Positions 25,623-37,392 of a stretch of 64,000 nucleotides of DNA are shown here, piece after piece. Below the pieces are notes generated by a model. That model was given only the letters and a program-made list of their open reading frames with translations, was not told the DNA's origin and did no database searches. The position numbers and the translations under genes were made by a program. Positions within the stretch are counted from its first letter, which is position 1. Every line of letters begins with the position of its first letter. This stretch comes from Takakia lepidozioides (Eukaryota > Plantae > Bryophyta): contig CM060731.1 of NCBI GenBank assembly GCA_030704615.1, forward strand, positions 51,212,001 to 51,276,000, given 5' to 3'.

Positions 25623-28037
25623 TTACTGCTTAGGATCAGTAAATCTTTGTGAACGTAGTCCTGTCTGTTTGTGAGAGTGCCTTGGAGGGCTCTCTGTACG
25701 TGCCCGAGTTCTATGACTGCTTGCTGGAGATGCTTGAGCTGTACTTGTACCTGATTTGTTGCCCTTTGACTGAACCGGCTGTAATGGCTCTGGTGTGGGA
25801 GATCCCGTTTTCTTGTCGTGCAGTGCTTGATCATATTCCTCCCATACGTCAAGAGTTTGTTCTGAAGATTCAGCTGTTGTGTCCAAATCTGTTTCAGTCC
25901 TGCAATTTTTTGGTTTTCTTGCTTTTTTTGGTTTCTCTGGAATGAAAATTGGCATACAGTGTGGCCCCACCATGTCTAAGTCCCAGACTCCACAGAACCC
26001 ATAAAAAGTTCCTCCTGGAGTCTGTAGGCATCTAACTGCTGTTGCAATCCTTGCATGCGCTTCTCATGAGGTTCAACTAAATTGGCATAAGTTGCAGCCA
26101 AATTATTGGCTTCCCTCGCTGCCTTGTTAGCTACAGAGAGTTGATTCCTATTCGACATAAGGGTCTGTTGTAACTCCACAATGTACTTCTCCTGGTTAGC
26201 CTCAACCTGTTTGTATTGCTGTAAAGCACCCTCATTGTGACATATTGTATCTTTGAGGTCCACAATGAATTTGGCTTGCTCCACTACCTCCGTTTCTGCC
26301 CTTACACATCGCTCCCTCTGCTGGTTGGCTTCTGTTGTGGCTTTCTCTAGAACATTTGTGAGGGTGGCACATTGCACCGTCATTCTTTGATGTACTACCC
26401 CCAGCTCTGTCTGTTGTTCCTTTAGTCCTTGCATTTCATCCTCATGCTTGCTCTGCAATTGGAATAATTGCTGCTTGTGTATCTCCTGCAGATGGTCTTG
26501 CTCCAGACCCCCCTCAATCAGTTGCTGCTTAGCAAATTGCAGAGCATTCTTTGTTTCCCTTAACTCCTGTTGCAACTGCAGATGCACTTCTGGCTCAACT
26601 TTGTTAACACCCTCGGTTGCCAACCGATTTTCGAACTCTCTTCTGAGTTCCTCCTTCAGAACTTCCAACTGAGTCACTGGAACATGTGACTTCATGTAAG
26701 TTCCCAACAAATTGAGGGTTCGGCTTATGGAGTTCATCAGCATAGCCTGCTGAGGCCCATCATGGCTAACATGCTGCTGTTCACCCCCCTCATCCATAGG
26801 ATGATGCCTCACAAACCACTCAGGCCACTGCTCCACCAGATCCTCCTTCTCAATTTCCTCATTTCTCCCAGATGCTGTCGTGTCCTGATGTTCCTCTTCT
26901 GGAACTTGTGGCGCTGGTGGGGGTATTACCTGCACATCAGGAAGTTCACTGGACAGATTTTGGACCTCTGGCTCCACTCTCTCTCTGAGCAAACTAGAGT
27001 CTTCATAGAGAAGATCACCTCTCTCAATCTCTGCCACCACTTGCTCTGTAGTTGGAATATCTAACCCTTCTGTTTCCAAATCTATTATTTGTGGAGGAAC
27101 CGCATGGACCATTTGTGGTAACTCTCTGGCAAGCCGTTCACCTGGCTGTGATGGCTGTGATACTGAATTGACATCATGTTCCCTCTCCATAGGTTGTGCT
27201 GTTTGTAACCCTTGATCTCTGTGCTGCTGTACCCTCTCCTGCACAAGAGCTTGAGTAACTTCTTCCTCCGGCTGCCTTGTAGCCAATGGTTCGGCTTCCA
27301 ATGTGATCCCTTTCCCCTGTCTTTTGGGCTGTTGATGCTCTGCCAATCCCCCTTCACCCTGTGAAGAACCTTGCTCTTCTATGGTAGTGGTTGTCATTTC
27401 CTTCCTTTCTCTCGCATCAAGTACGCATGAGTCTAGGATGATTTGTGCAATGACTGGCCCAGATACTATGATAGGAGATTTAGCGGCAGTTCCCTGCAAT
27501 CTTTTCATCTCCTCTACCAGTCCGTTGTACATGATGTTCTCCCATGCTACCTCTTCTCCTCTCAGGCCTTTGAGTATTTCCTCTGTGAAGGATCTGCTCA
27601 AATATTGCTGGTTCTGTTTCATGGCAAACAGAACGTTCAATATTTGGCCCACCTCCCTGAACCCTGGGTACACCGCTTTGGTACAAGCATAGCCTTGAGT
27701 TTTAAAGAAACCCCCTTCTTCAAACAAATCTTTCATCTGCAATCTAGCCCTGTGCTCGTCCACATGAACCTGACCTGCTGGCAATGAAAACAGTTGCTGT
27801 AGGTATAAGGGAGTAAGTTCTAATTCAACTCCCTTCACCATTGTGGCTCCTGTCTTTGGGTCAAAGTTCTGCAAGAATTCTAACATGTACTTCCGGCAAT
27901 GTCCAATCCTTGTTTTGCAATCCTTGTAATCGCAGTTCCGTCAGTAACTTCACCGCGTATGGCGTCGCAATCGTCTGTTTCTGCAGGATTGTGGTGATTT
28001 TCACCTTGATGTCCTCCATCCCTCTTACTCTCTTCAT
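25623..28037 (-). pseudogene. Extra 3' ORF of copy B (frameshift near 27890; ~1.2-kb internal deletion)
   Basis: MKRVRGMEDIKVK...; the 636-aa ORF 25976-27886 is homologous to the copy A ORF; C-terminal piece 25623-25973. Confidence 0.85.
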
Positions 28038-28869
28038 TTTAGAGAAACCGTAAGGCTGTGGCTGTAACAACTGAAGTAATGCCTGCAGAGCACAAAGCAC
28101 AAACGTATGATTGCCACAAAATGCTATGGGTAGTGTCCTGTACACCTGCGGGGCTTGCAAGCAATGATCAAGAGAAAAGTTACTCTCTGTTGTTCTATTT
28201 CCTCGCCACTGCGTGAGTAGTATCGCGAGCGTATAATCTGCTAGTTCCCTCATAGCTTCAAAACTATCGCATTGATTGTCTGTCCCGTCAAGACGTCCGT
28301 TACCTGGAACGACGCCGACTCTGGCGCTCAGAACCATTTCATTTTCTTGAAGTTGCTCCTGCTTCATGATTGGCTGTAACCGCTGTGACTGGATTTTAGA
28401 ATTAATTTTCTTTAGTGTATTTTCCCCGCTGGCCTGTCCACTAGGATAACACACGTGACAAGAAATTCGTTTTTCTGTACTCGCCGTATGTTCCGTTACC
28501 CTTTCTCCGTATGCATTAATGGGCCCGCCATTCATCCTCTTTGACGTAGTAGGTAGGTACTTTGACGGCCACTCCTGTCCTTTTTCTTGATGACACTTGT
28601 TCTTGCAGCTCCTTCTCAGCTGTGCGTCACGGCCTGACTTCCACGCGTCCACTTTTATACTGACTTCCGCCCTTTCTTCCGCCGGCCATTTCCCTGATGT
28701 TTTCTTTTGTCCACCTGTCACTAATCCTATGGACTGTGTAATTCTCATTGGTTGTGTGAGGCTGTGACAGGCTGTGTCGCCCTGTGCTAGGCTGTGCGCG
28801 ACTGTGTGACATTGTGCTGGGCTGTGATGGGCTGTGTGACCCTGTGTTGGGTTGTGATAGGCTGTGAGA

Positions 28870-31800
28870 ATTCCACTGGAAGTAAGGCTTCCATACCATA
28901 AACTAATTGGAATGGTGTATACTTAGTGGTGACTTTATATGATGTCATGTATGACCACAAGGCTGTCAGCAGCTTTGTATCCCAATCCGTTCTGTTTGCA
29001 TTGACTATCTTAGCCAACATAGTATTTTGTTGGTAGCCTCTGCCTGCCTATTACCCTGTGGGTAATACGTTGTACTCTTCCTATGCACAATCATGAACTC
29101 TTTAGTCAATAATTCAATGGTCTCATTAATGAAGTGACTTCCCTGATCACTGATAAATTCCATGGGACAGCCAAATCGTGTAAGTATGTTCTCATACAGG
29201 AACCTTGCTGTGGACTTGGCTGTGTTGTCCCTCAAAGCTTTAGCTTCCACCCACTTCGTAGTATAATCAGTGGCTGTAATTATGTACCTGTTTCGTGTAT
29301 TCTTGGCTGGTGGGTTAATCGGTCCAACAAAGTCTAGTCCCCATTTCTGAAATGGTTCCGTAGGCATTGTAGGATGCAAGGCCATCCTTCCAGATCTCTG
29401 CAAAGGTCCTAGCCTCTGACATTCATCACAACTTTGACAATACTTGTGTACATCTTTGAATAAAGTAGGCCACCAGTAACCTGCGAGTAGTATCTTTCTA
29501 CTGGTAGTCTCTTCTCCAAAATGACCTCCAGCCACTCCTTTATGAACTTCCTCCAAAACTTTATTTACTTCATGGTGGTACAAGCATCGTTTTAGTACTC
29601 CATCAGGTCCTAGCTTATACATTCTGCTTCCTACCATAGTATAAGGTAAAGCTTGATAGCGATTCTCTTCCTCTGCTCCTTACCATAACTAGGTGGGCAT
29701 TGACCATGAGTAAGGTAGTATCTGATTGGCCACTGCCAATCTAGCCATTCATCTGCACTTCATTGCACCTCCATTACAAATAAACTCGCATCAGGTAACT
29801 GATCGTCCACTCCTGTGGCGGCCTCTCCTGTTGTTAGTCGTGACAAATGATCTGCCACAAGATGCAAACAGCCAGGCTTGTAAATAACTTCGAACTCAAA
29901 CTCATGCAAGATTATTAACCACCTCGCTATCCTTCCACTTATCAAAGGTTTGTTCACCAGATATATCAGAGCCTGGTGATCCACATAAACATAAACTTTC
30001 TTCCCAATAGGTAATGCCTGAATTTCTTGACTGCATAAATCATTGTCAATGCTTCTCTTTCAGTTGTGCTATAGTTCCTTTCAGCACTGTTCATCAACCT
30101 GCTAGCATAGTACACAGGTGAATCTATATTTCCTGTAACATTCTGGGCTAACACCGCTCCCAACGCTTCTCCTGATGCATCGCAGTGAATATGAAATACT
30201 ACATGCCAGTGAGGGTTAATCAGAATAGGTGTAGTTGTTACTGACAATGTAAGTTCCTCAAACGCCTGTTGACATTCAGCTGTCCATGCAAACACTGCAT
30301 CTTTCTTCAGAAGCTTGCTCAATGGTGCTGCTATTTGTGCATACCTTTTGACAAATCTTCTGTAATAACTGGTTTGCCCAAGGAATCTCCTTAAACTCTT
30401 AACATTCACTGGTGGTGGAGAGGCTTTAATGGACTCTGTCTTCCTGGGATCCACAAGAAGCCCCTTCTTACACACAATGTATCCCAGAAGCACCCCTGAG
30501 TTCACACAGAAAGTACACTTCTCTGGATTCAAGCCCAGACCTCTCATCCCGACATAACTCCAATTTATGCAAGTGCTCATTCTTAGAGCTATACACACTA
30601 AAATCATCCAAGAACACCTGCATGAAATCATCCAGATACTCATGAAAAGATTCACTTATTACTCTCTGAAAGGTTGCTGGTGCATTACAAAGTCCAAAGG
30701 GCATGACTTTGTATGCATAAGCACCCCAGTCTATGATGAAAGCTATCTTTCCTTGATCTTCTTCTGCCACTTGCACTTGATTATAACCACTGAAGCCATC
30801 CATGAATGAGTACATCTCATGGCCTGCCACAATGTCCAATACTGCTTCTGTGAATGGCAAAGGGAAAGGATCTTTCTTCGTACAAGCATTCAACTTCTTG
30901 TAGTTCACACATACTCTTAGTTTACCATTCTTCTTGGGAACTATAACAATGGGTGACAACCAAGTTGTATACTCTATTGGGTATATAAACTTAGCCTCAG
31001 CCAACTTCTTGATCTCTTCTCCAACCTTCTGTGCGTAGTTGGGATTCATCTTGTATCTTTCATGTTTAACTGGTATTGATCCTGGTTCCAGTTCAATCTT
31101 ATGTTGACAGATCTCAGGTGGTATCCCCTTCAGATCCTCATAGCTCCAAGCAAATACATCTCTGTATTTAATGAACAGACTCTTTGCTTCCTCAAAGAAT
31201 TCTGGCTCTAGATCCGCCCCTACCTTCACCATCCTTGGTTCCTTCTCTGTTCCCACATTTACTTCCCTCACCTGCTCATCAGCTGTTATTGTCCAACCAG
31301 TCACCACTTCATCCTGTAAGCTCACAGTGGCTGGTTCCTCTAGGATTTCCATTTCTCCTTCTCTTTCTTCATAGAAATGTGATGGGTAACTGTTGGTTTC
31401 TTCTTCAGTTGGTGTTGCTGTCACTACACCACAGCAGATACCTCTTAAACAACTTAGGCTTTCCAGCCGCATCTCTGCAACCTGCTCCCACTCTGGGTGT
31501 GCAGCAAACAAGGTAGCTTCCTGTTCCTCATCCAGTCCTTCTTTCCAATCATACTCTCTGACCCCTCTTGGTCTTCTTGTAGCAGATAGTCTTTCAGATT
31601 TCTTAGTGGTGATTTGTATCTTGTTCAACCCATCCTGCACAGTCAGTAACTGTGAATTCCAATCATGAGACACCTTGGCTTGTTTCAGCCATGGTCTTCC
31701 CAACAATAAGAAATAAGCTTCCAAGACTTCATTCATCTTCAACACAGTTACTGTGATCTTAAAGATCATCTTTTGAATCTGGATTTTAACTCCTCTGATT

Positions 31801-34431
31801 AATCCCAATGGCTGTACACTCCTTTGGTCTGCCATGGTTACTGTAAATGGGGCTGGTTTCATGTTGTTTAGACCTAGCTTCTGTCTCAATTGGTCTGTCA
31901 TGATATTCACACCAGAGCCTCCATCTATCAGTACATCTGCTAGCTCTGTGCTTCCAATTCTCAACTGGATAACGGGCATAGAATCATCAAAATCCATGAC
32001 TGTTTCTTGCCCTTCTGGCCTCACATTATAACTGGTCACCTTGCTGTTCAGGTCTGTGTTCTCTGTCAATTGGGCAATCCTGTTGATTGCTTGATACAGT
32101 CTGTGTCTATAATAAGGTGCCACAGCTAATAGCTGTCCAATGGTAATTTCCATTTTGGACTGGCATATCACTTCAGCCAATGTCCCTTCCTTACCCTGCA
32201 CTTCTGCAGCTTCCCTCTTTCCTTCTTCCTCACTGACCTCTTCTTCTCCTTCAGAGTCTGAGGAGTCTACCATGGGAATATCAGTACTCTTCTGCATTTC
32301 CCATATAGTATCCGCCACTTCCTTGTGCAGTTCCTTCTCATCTCTCCAAGCCTCATCATCTTCAGGCACATCACTGCCATCTTCATTATCATCAACTTCA
32401 TCTTCCACTGGAGGTTCTATTTTGGCTCTGCTTCTTGTTACTATCATTGTACTCACTTCCGGTACAATACATGGCCTAACCATGTGGGCTGCCACTACTG
32501 GCCCCTCATTCCCAGGAGCTCTCATCTCATTCTGGTGTCTGATCCAGAATGGACAAGCCGCCTTACGATGTCATGTCTGATTACAATAGTAACACAGTTC
32601 TTCTCCATTGGGTCCTCGACCTTGGTCTGCTCTGGGATTATTTCTGTAATCCTGATTCCCTGGCTGGTAATTCCCTCTTGGATTACCTCTCCTTTCCATG
32701 CCATTGTTATAACCACCTGTCCTACCATAGTGGTCTTGATCATTGTTTCTTCTTGGCTGGGGTTGCACTTGATGCACCCTTACTTGCCTAGGCTCTCTTA
32801 CTGTTGTTCTTCTGTTGTAGTAACAATTCTCTGTAGAATGGTTATCCATTTTACAGATAGTGCAGTGTTTCTCCTTCATGTGGCATTCAGTAGTGGTGTG
32901 GCCTTCATTCTGGCATTTTTACACACCAAACACCCTTCCTCCAATGTGTTGCAGCCTCTGTGGCATATTTTTTTAAGATTTCTTCTAATCTCTTCTCATA
33001 ATTTTCCCTCTTCATCTTTTCCTTCTTTTTACTCTTCTTCTTATGCTCCATCTCCTCTTCTTCTTCTGACTCATCCTCAGAGTCCTCTTCATCTCTTTTC
33101 TCCTTCCTGAGCATTCCCAACTGCTCAATTCTGTTTGGTGTTTCAAATGCCTCCTCCACTGTATTGTGGGGTAACATGTCTACTTTCTTTTGCAACTCTG
33201 GCCTTAGTCCATTCACAAACCAAGCCTTCTGCAATCCTGGTGCTGGTATAGCAGCCAACTTTTTCATCATCAACTCCATTTTCTCCATATACTCTTCAAC
33301 AGTTTCATGCTTTTTCTGCTTCAGCTGCTGTAAACTCCCATACACTTCATCCTCAGTTTTACTGGTCCTGAACCTATTTTGGAACGCTGTACTTAAGCCA
33401 TTCCAGGTTAGGAAATGATTATCAGGGAATCTTGCATACCATTCACTGGCTTTCTTTATAAGTGAACACGGAAACAGTCTCATCTTGGCATCATCGCCAT
33501 TCTCATTGTTCACTATACACATGTGCTCAAATTGGCTAATGTGTACATCATGATCCCCTTTCCCTGAATATATCGGAAAAGGTGGTTTAGCCCGTGTTGG
33601 TTGTAACGCCATCTGCGACCCTACACTCTGCCCCCTGACAGTTGTTGGCCTTTTGGCTGATGCTGGTCCTTGTGGACCTGTAGTATTTGTGGTGGTTCTT
33701 CCACCAATTACTGGCCCCTGAACCCTTCCTGTTCCTGGCCTTTCTATATTCACAGTATTCCCAGCCTCAGTTGCACTACTTTCCACACTCCCTGTCCCCC
33801 CAGAGCCAGATCCAGGTCTTCCGCCTGATCCCTCTGAGCCGACACCTTCGTTGGCCTGTGATCCAAGTGCTCCACTTGATCCAGGTCCAACGGGTTGGGA
33901 TGTCCTGGTTGTAGTCTCAACCTCAGCTGCTAGGTCTACTTCTTCATATTCTTCCTCTTCCAATTTCTTCTCTCTGTTTTCATCCTCCAAGTTCTGCCCT
34001 TGGTTTTCTTCTTCTTCACTCATGTAACTATTTTGTAATAATGTTGGAGAGTTTGAACTCTCCGCTGGTTCTGCATCCTCCTCTTCTGCTCCCGAAACTG
34101 GAGTTCCTGCTCTTGGTGTTCCATGCCAACTCTTATCAAAGATTTCTGCCAAATCTTTTATCCAGGGATGTACCTCAGATCTTCCACCTCGTGGTTGATC
34201 TTCTTCCTCTGCCAAGTCCCTTAATCTTTCTTGCAAAGAAAAAGAAGGTGTGGTATCCAACTCTAGCTCCTCTGGTATAGGTGATGTACTCCCTGATCTC
34301 AATGGTGTGAGAGGTCCAGATGATTCCCCAATGTCTATTCCTCTCTCCCACAGGTATGGATAATGAGCTTTCAGATAACTTTCTCTTTTTGCTGAATATC
34401 TTTGGAGTCTAGCTTCTCTTTCATCACTCAT
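28870..34431 (-). pseudogene. gag-pol: gag-pol polyprotein (gag with three CCHC knuckles, protease, RT, RNase H, integrase lacking its GPY/F tail)
   Basis: LFPCSLIKKASEWY (gag), LIDGGSGVN (PR), MPFGLCNAPATFQR and FLDDF (RT), CDASG/YSTTERE (RH), H-H-C-C plus WGLDFVGP/SDQGSHF/QAEATN (INT); stops and frameshifts. Confidence 0.95.
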
Positions 34432-34452
34432 GTCCCATATCTTTCATTTCTT

Positions 34453-35148
34453 TTAGTGTGGCAACAACCAAAATTCTCTCCTGTAGTATCTCTCATATAT
34501 GCCTGGGTTTCTTTCCAGCTTCAATGTACCTCTGACTATACTGGAAGTCTCCGTTACCATATAACCATATGGTAAACAAGTCTGAAAAGCTGTTCTTGGT
34601 GTAAGTTTGATCCACAAGATATCCTTTGGAATCCAATTCTTTACCAATACAAGCTCCTCATGCATATGAGTGTAAACATTCACTTTCCTTTCCTCCCAGC
34701 TTTCAAACTCTACCCGCTTAATAGATAGTAAGGCTATCACATAAACCAATGTTGGTAACCACCGTGCTCTTCCTCTACAGGCTACCTGATAAATCTTTAT
34801 CACTCCTTTCTCCAGACCCCATTCCGGATCAGCATCATGCACTCGCTTAAGAATATTTTCTTTACAACCGTCTGGTAATTCCAAGAACCTTTGAAAGAAT
34901 TGTTTGGACAATCTTTCTTCCTTCGTTCCACAGGGAATTTGATTCACTTCAAATTCTTTAATCCTCCAACCACCATGATCCCACCAGATGCCTGTCACAT
35001 CTGGTTGTTCATGACTCAGTTCCCCAGTATGGTCGCCAAATGTCGCGCGGCTTCTACTCACCCATCCCTTCGCTATCCGAGGCGGAAACTCCAAGATAGA
35101 AGAGTTGGAAATCTCTAAGTACTCAGCCCGCTCAGAACAATCAGTCAT
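34453..35148 (-). CDS. Extra 5' ORF (ORF0, 231 aa) starting in the 5' LTR, crossing the PBS and ending just upstream of gag
   Basis: Intact ORF; the homologue in copy C differs mostly at synonymous positions. Confidence 0.75.
   Translation of the reverse strand: MTDCSERAEYLEISNSSILEFPPRIAKGWVSRSRATFGDHTGELSHEQPDVTGIWWDHGGWRIKEFEVNQIPCGTKEERLSKQFFQRFLELPDGCKENILKRVHDADPEWGLEKGVIKIYQVACRGRARWLPTLVYVIALLSIKRVEFESWEERKVNVYTHMHEELVLVKNWIPKDILWIKLTPRTAFQTCLPYGYMVTETSSIVRGTLKLERNPGIYERYYRREFWLLPH
35021..35038 (-). other. Primer-binding site, tRNA-Arg-like
   Basis: TGGCGACCATACTGGGGA, 2 nt from the LTR end; resembles the complement of plant tRNA-Arg 3' ends. Confidence 0.8.
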
Positions 35149-35876
35149 GACCTACAGCTAGTGTATCATGGGGGTGTTTCCTATTTGTTTTCCTTCCCGC
35201 ATTCATGTTAGCTAGTTACCTTACTGCTGGTAATTAAGTATCAGTTTGCTCCATCAACTCATCCATTCATTCCACAGCTTCACTCAGATCCCTCTACACA
35301 GTGTGAGTATGAAGTGTGTATTAGATTAATATCTATCAAGTATCAGGCTAAAGTCCTGGAGTCTCTAATCTGCTCTACATTATAATTCTACTGCTTGCTA
35401 TCATTAAGCATCAACAGATCCTCCTCCTACTCCGTGCTCTCCATCTTCCTGCTCAGAGATACGCTCTCTCCTCCTTTCCCCCAGTGATGTCCGAAGTCTC
35501 CCCCAAGAAGTGCCCCCCTCTCGTCTCCGCTGCCCGCTTTATCCCTCCCCCCCTGTTCTAACCGTTTTCCTTCACTAACCGTCCTCCGTGAATTACATGT
35601 TCCCCGGCAGATGTTGTTCCCCACAGTCGTTCCCTGTCATGATAACCGTTCCCTACGACTGTGACAGCTGTGTCAGACTGTGACGGCTGTTTCGGGCTGT
35701 ATCGGGCTGTGACGGGCTGTGTATGGCTGTGACGGCTGTGACTGTGTCGGGCTGTGTATGGCTGTGACGGGCTGTCTTAAGAAATTAAGGGTACCCCTCA
35801 GAACCCATAGAAGTGTCTAAGTCCCAGACTCCACAGAACCCATAAAAATGCCTAAGTCCCAGACTGCCTCCTATCA
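35041..35876 (-). repeat. 5' LTR of copy B
   Basis: Matches 24685-25584 apart from about a dozen substitutions and a minisatellite length difference. Confidence 0.95.
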
Positions 35877-35881
35877 CGAAG

Positions 35882-36925
35882 CCGAATGAGTTTGATGAAT
35901 GGGTAAAGAATCTAGAGGCAAGGGTGGATGCTGCGAAGGTTATTTCACGAATTAGACATCTCCAAATTTGAAGTTACATGTACAATGTCCCCATGTGATT
36001 TCATTTTTTGTTCATTTTCTTCTGATGCGATGATTTGTTGTTGAATATTCTATATTAACCTAAGCTTCTCACTAACTTGTTTATTTGGGGTTTCACCTTT
36101 TACCAGAATGAGCCTCAACGACCACTTGACGAAGTGCAAAGTGTCCCGAAAAGAGTACTGATTGTATTTGACCTGAATGGTGTGCTTTGCTACACTGAGA
36201 GATTTGAGGATAGTGGTCACCACACGAAGGAAAATTCCAAGGCGAAAAAGGATTTCAGATATTCCCTAGTTATTGGCAATATGACATTGGTATACCGACG
36301 CGAGCGCTATGATAAATTATGGCGTTCTCTGAGTGATTCCTTCGATCTAGCTATCTGGAGTTGTATGATGCCCCAGAACCTCATGCCAATTGTCAAGAGG
36401 TTTTTTGAAGGTTTGCCACAACCTATTTTTGTTATGTCGCAGGACAATTGCATTGTTTGTCCAACCAATATTGCTCCCAAAAACTTCAACGCAGCAAAAA
36501 GTTCTACAGAATCTTCTCGCCCCTTTTTTCTGAAGCCTCTTAGGAGAGTGTGGGACAAATATGATGAGGAAAATACTCTCCTTGTTGATGATAGCCCATA
36601 CAAGTGTGTCATCAATCCCGTGGGATCATGCATTTATCCTCCACCCTTCGAAACATTTGCAAAGGACAAATGTTTGCTTAGAAAGCTTGAGAATTACCTC
36701 CTTGGATTGTTGGAAGCTCCGTCTGTGGCGAAATATGATGAGATGAACAGGTTCGGGGATCCACATGAAAATTTGGACGATCCAAAGTTTCGGAGACTTC
36801 TGGCGTATCTTCAAATACAAACGAAAAAAATGATACTATTAATTATGGTGTTCCGAGACCAGACTATTGATAAATATAATGATCAATCGATCAATTTGAT
36901 ACGTTCGGACCTAAGGTCGAAGTAG
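35882..36925 (+). pseudogene. 3' part of the interrupted gene: FCP1/NIF-type HAD phosphatase-like domain
   Basis: Exon 35882-35938, GT-AG intron 35939-36106, then LIVFDLNGVL...LAIWSCMMPQN...FFLKPLRRVW...NTLLVDDSPYKCVINP. Confidence 0.8.
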
Positions 36926-37392
36926 CGTGATTTTATGTCTTTTATTTTGCATATGCTCTTAACCAGATAAGTAGTGGTTTCAAGTTCATATCTCACAATT
37001 GATATTGATCCTATCATCGTTTTTTTGCATTGGATTTTATCAGCCTGAAATTGATATTTCTTCAGCTGCAAGCGAGTCGACATTCATCCAATGTCCGGGG
37101 CATCTCATAGTGGTACATCGTTGCGTTGGCATATATCCTGTCGTCGCCAGAGGAGGAAATCACTTGATTTTGACCCCCCCGCATAGCCTAGTTGCAAATT
37201 TGGCCGTGACGTGGCGTTGACGCGTCAGCGTCACGTCCTAAACCGACGTTACTGTACATAAATATGTTTATTTTTTTACTTTACTATTGATTATTTACTA
37301 TGAGAACCGACGTGGCAACCGATGTGGCCTCATTACGTGGGCTTCTTTAATTATTTGTAAAATTCATATATTATGATTTATATTGTCAATCA

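Larger units (their letters stand above)
24685..35876 (-). mobile_element. Ty3/Gypsy LTR retrotransposon copy B, both LTRs present, internally deleted
   Basis: TSD CGAAG (24680-24684 and 35877-35881); LTRs 24685-25584 and 35041-35876 nearly identical; PBS, PPT, gag-PR-RT-RH-INT order. Confidence 0.97.

Noticed and set aside
32140-33418. Plus-strand ORFs of 84-261 aa (also 46257-47238 on minus)
   Set aside because: Antisense shadows of gag-pol low-complexity codons
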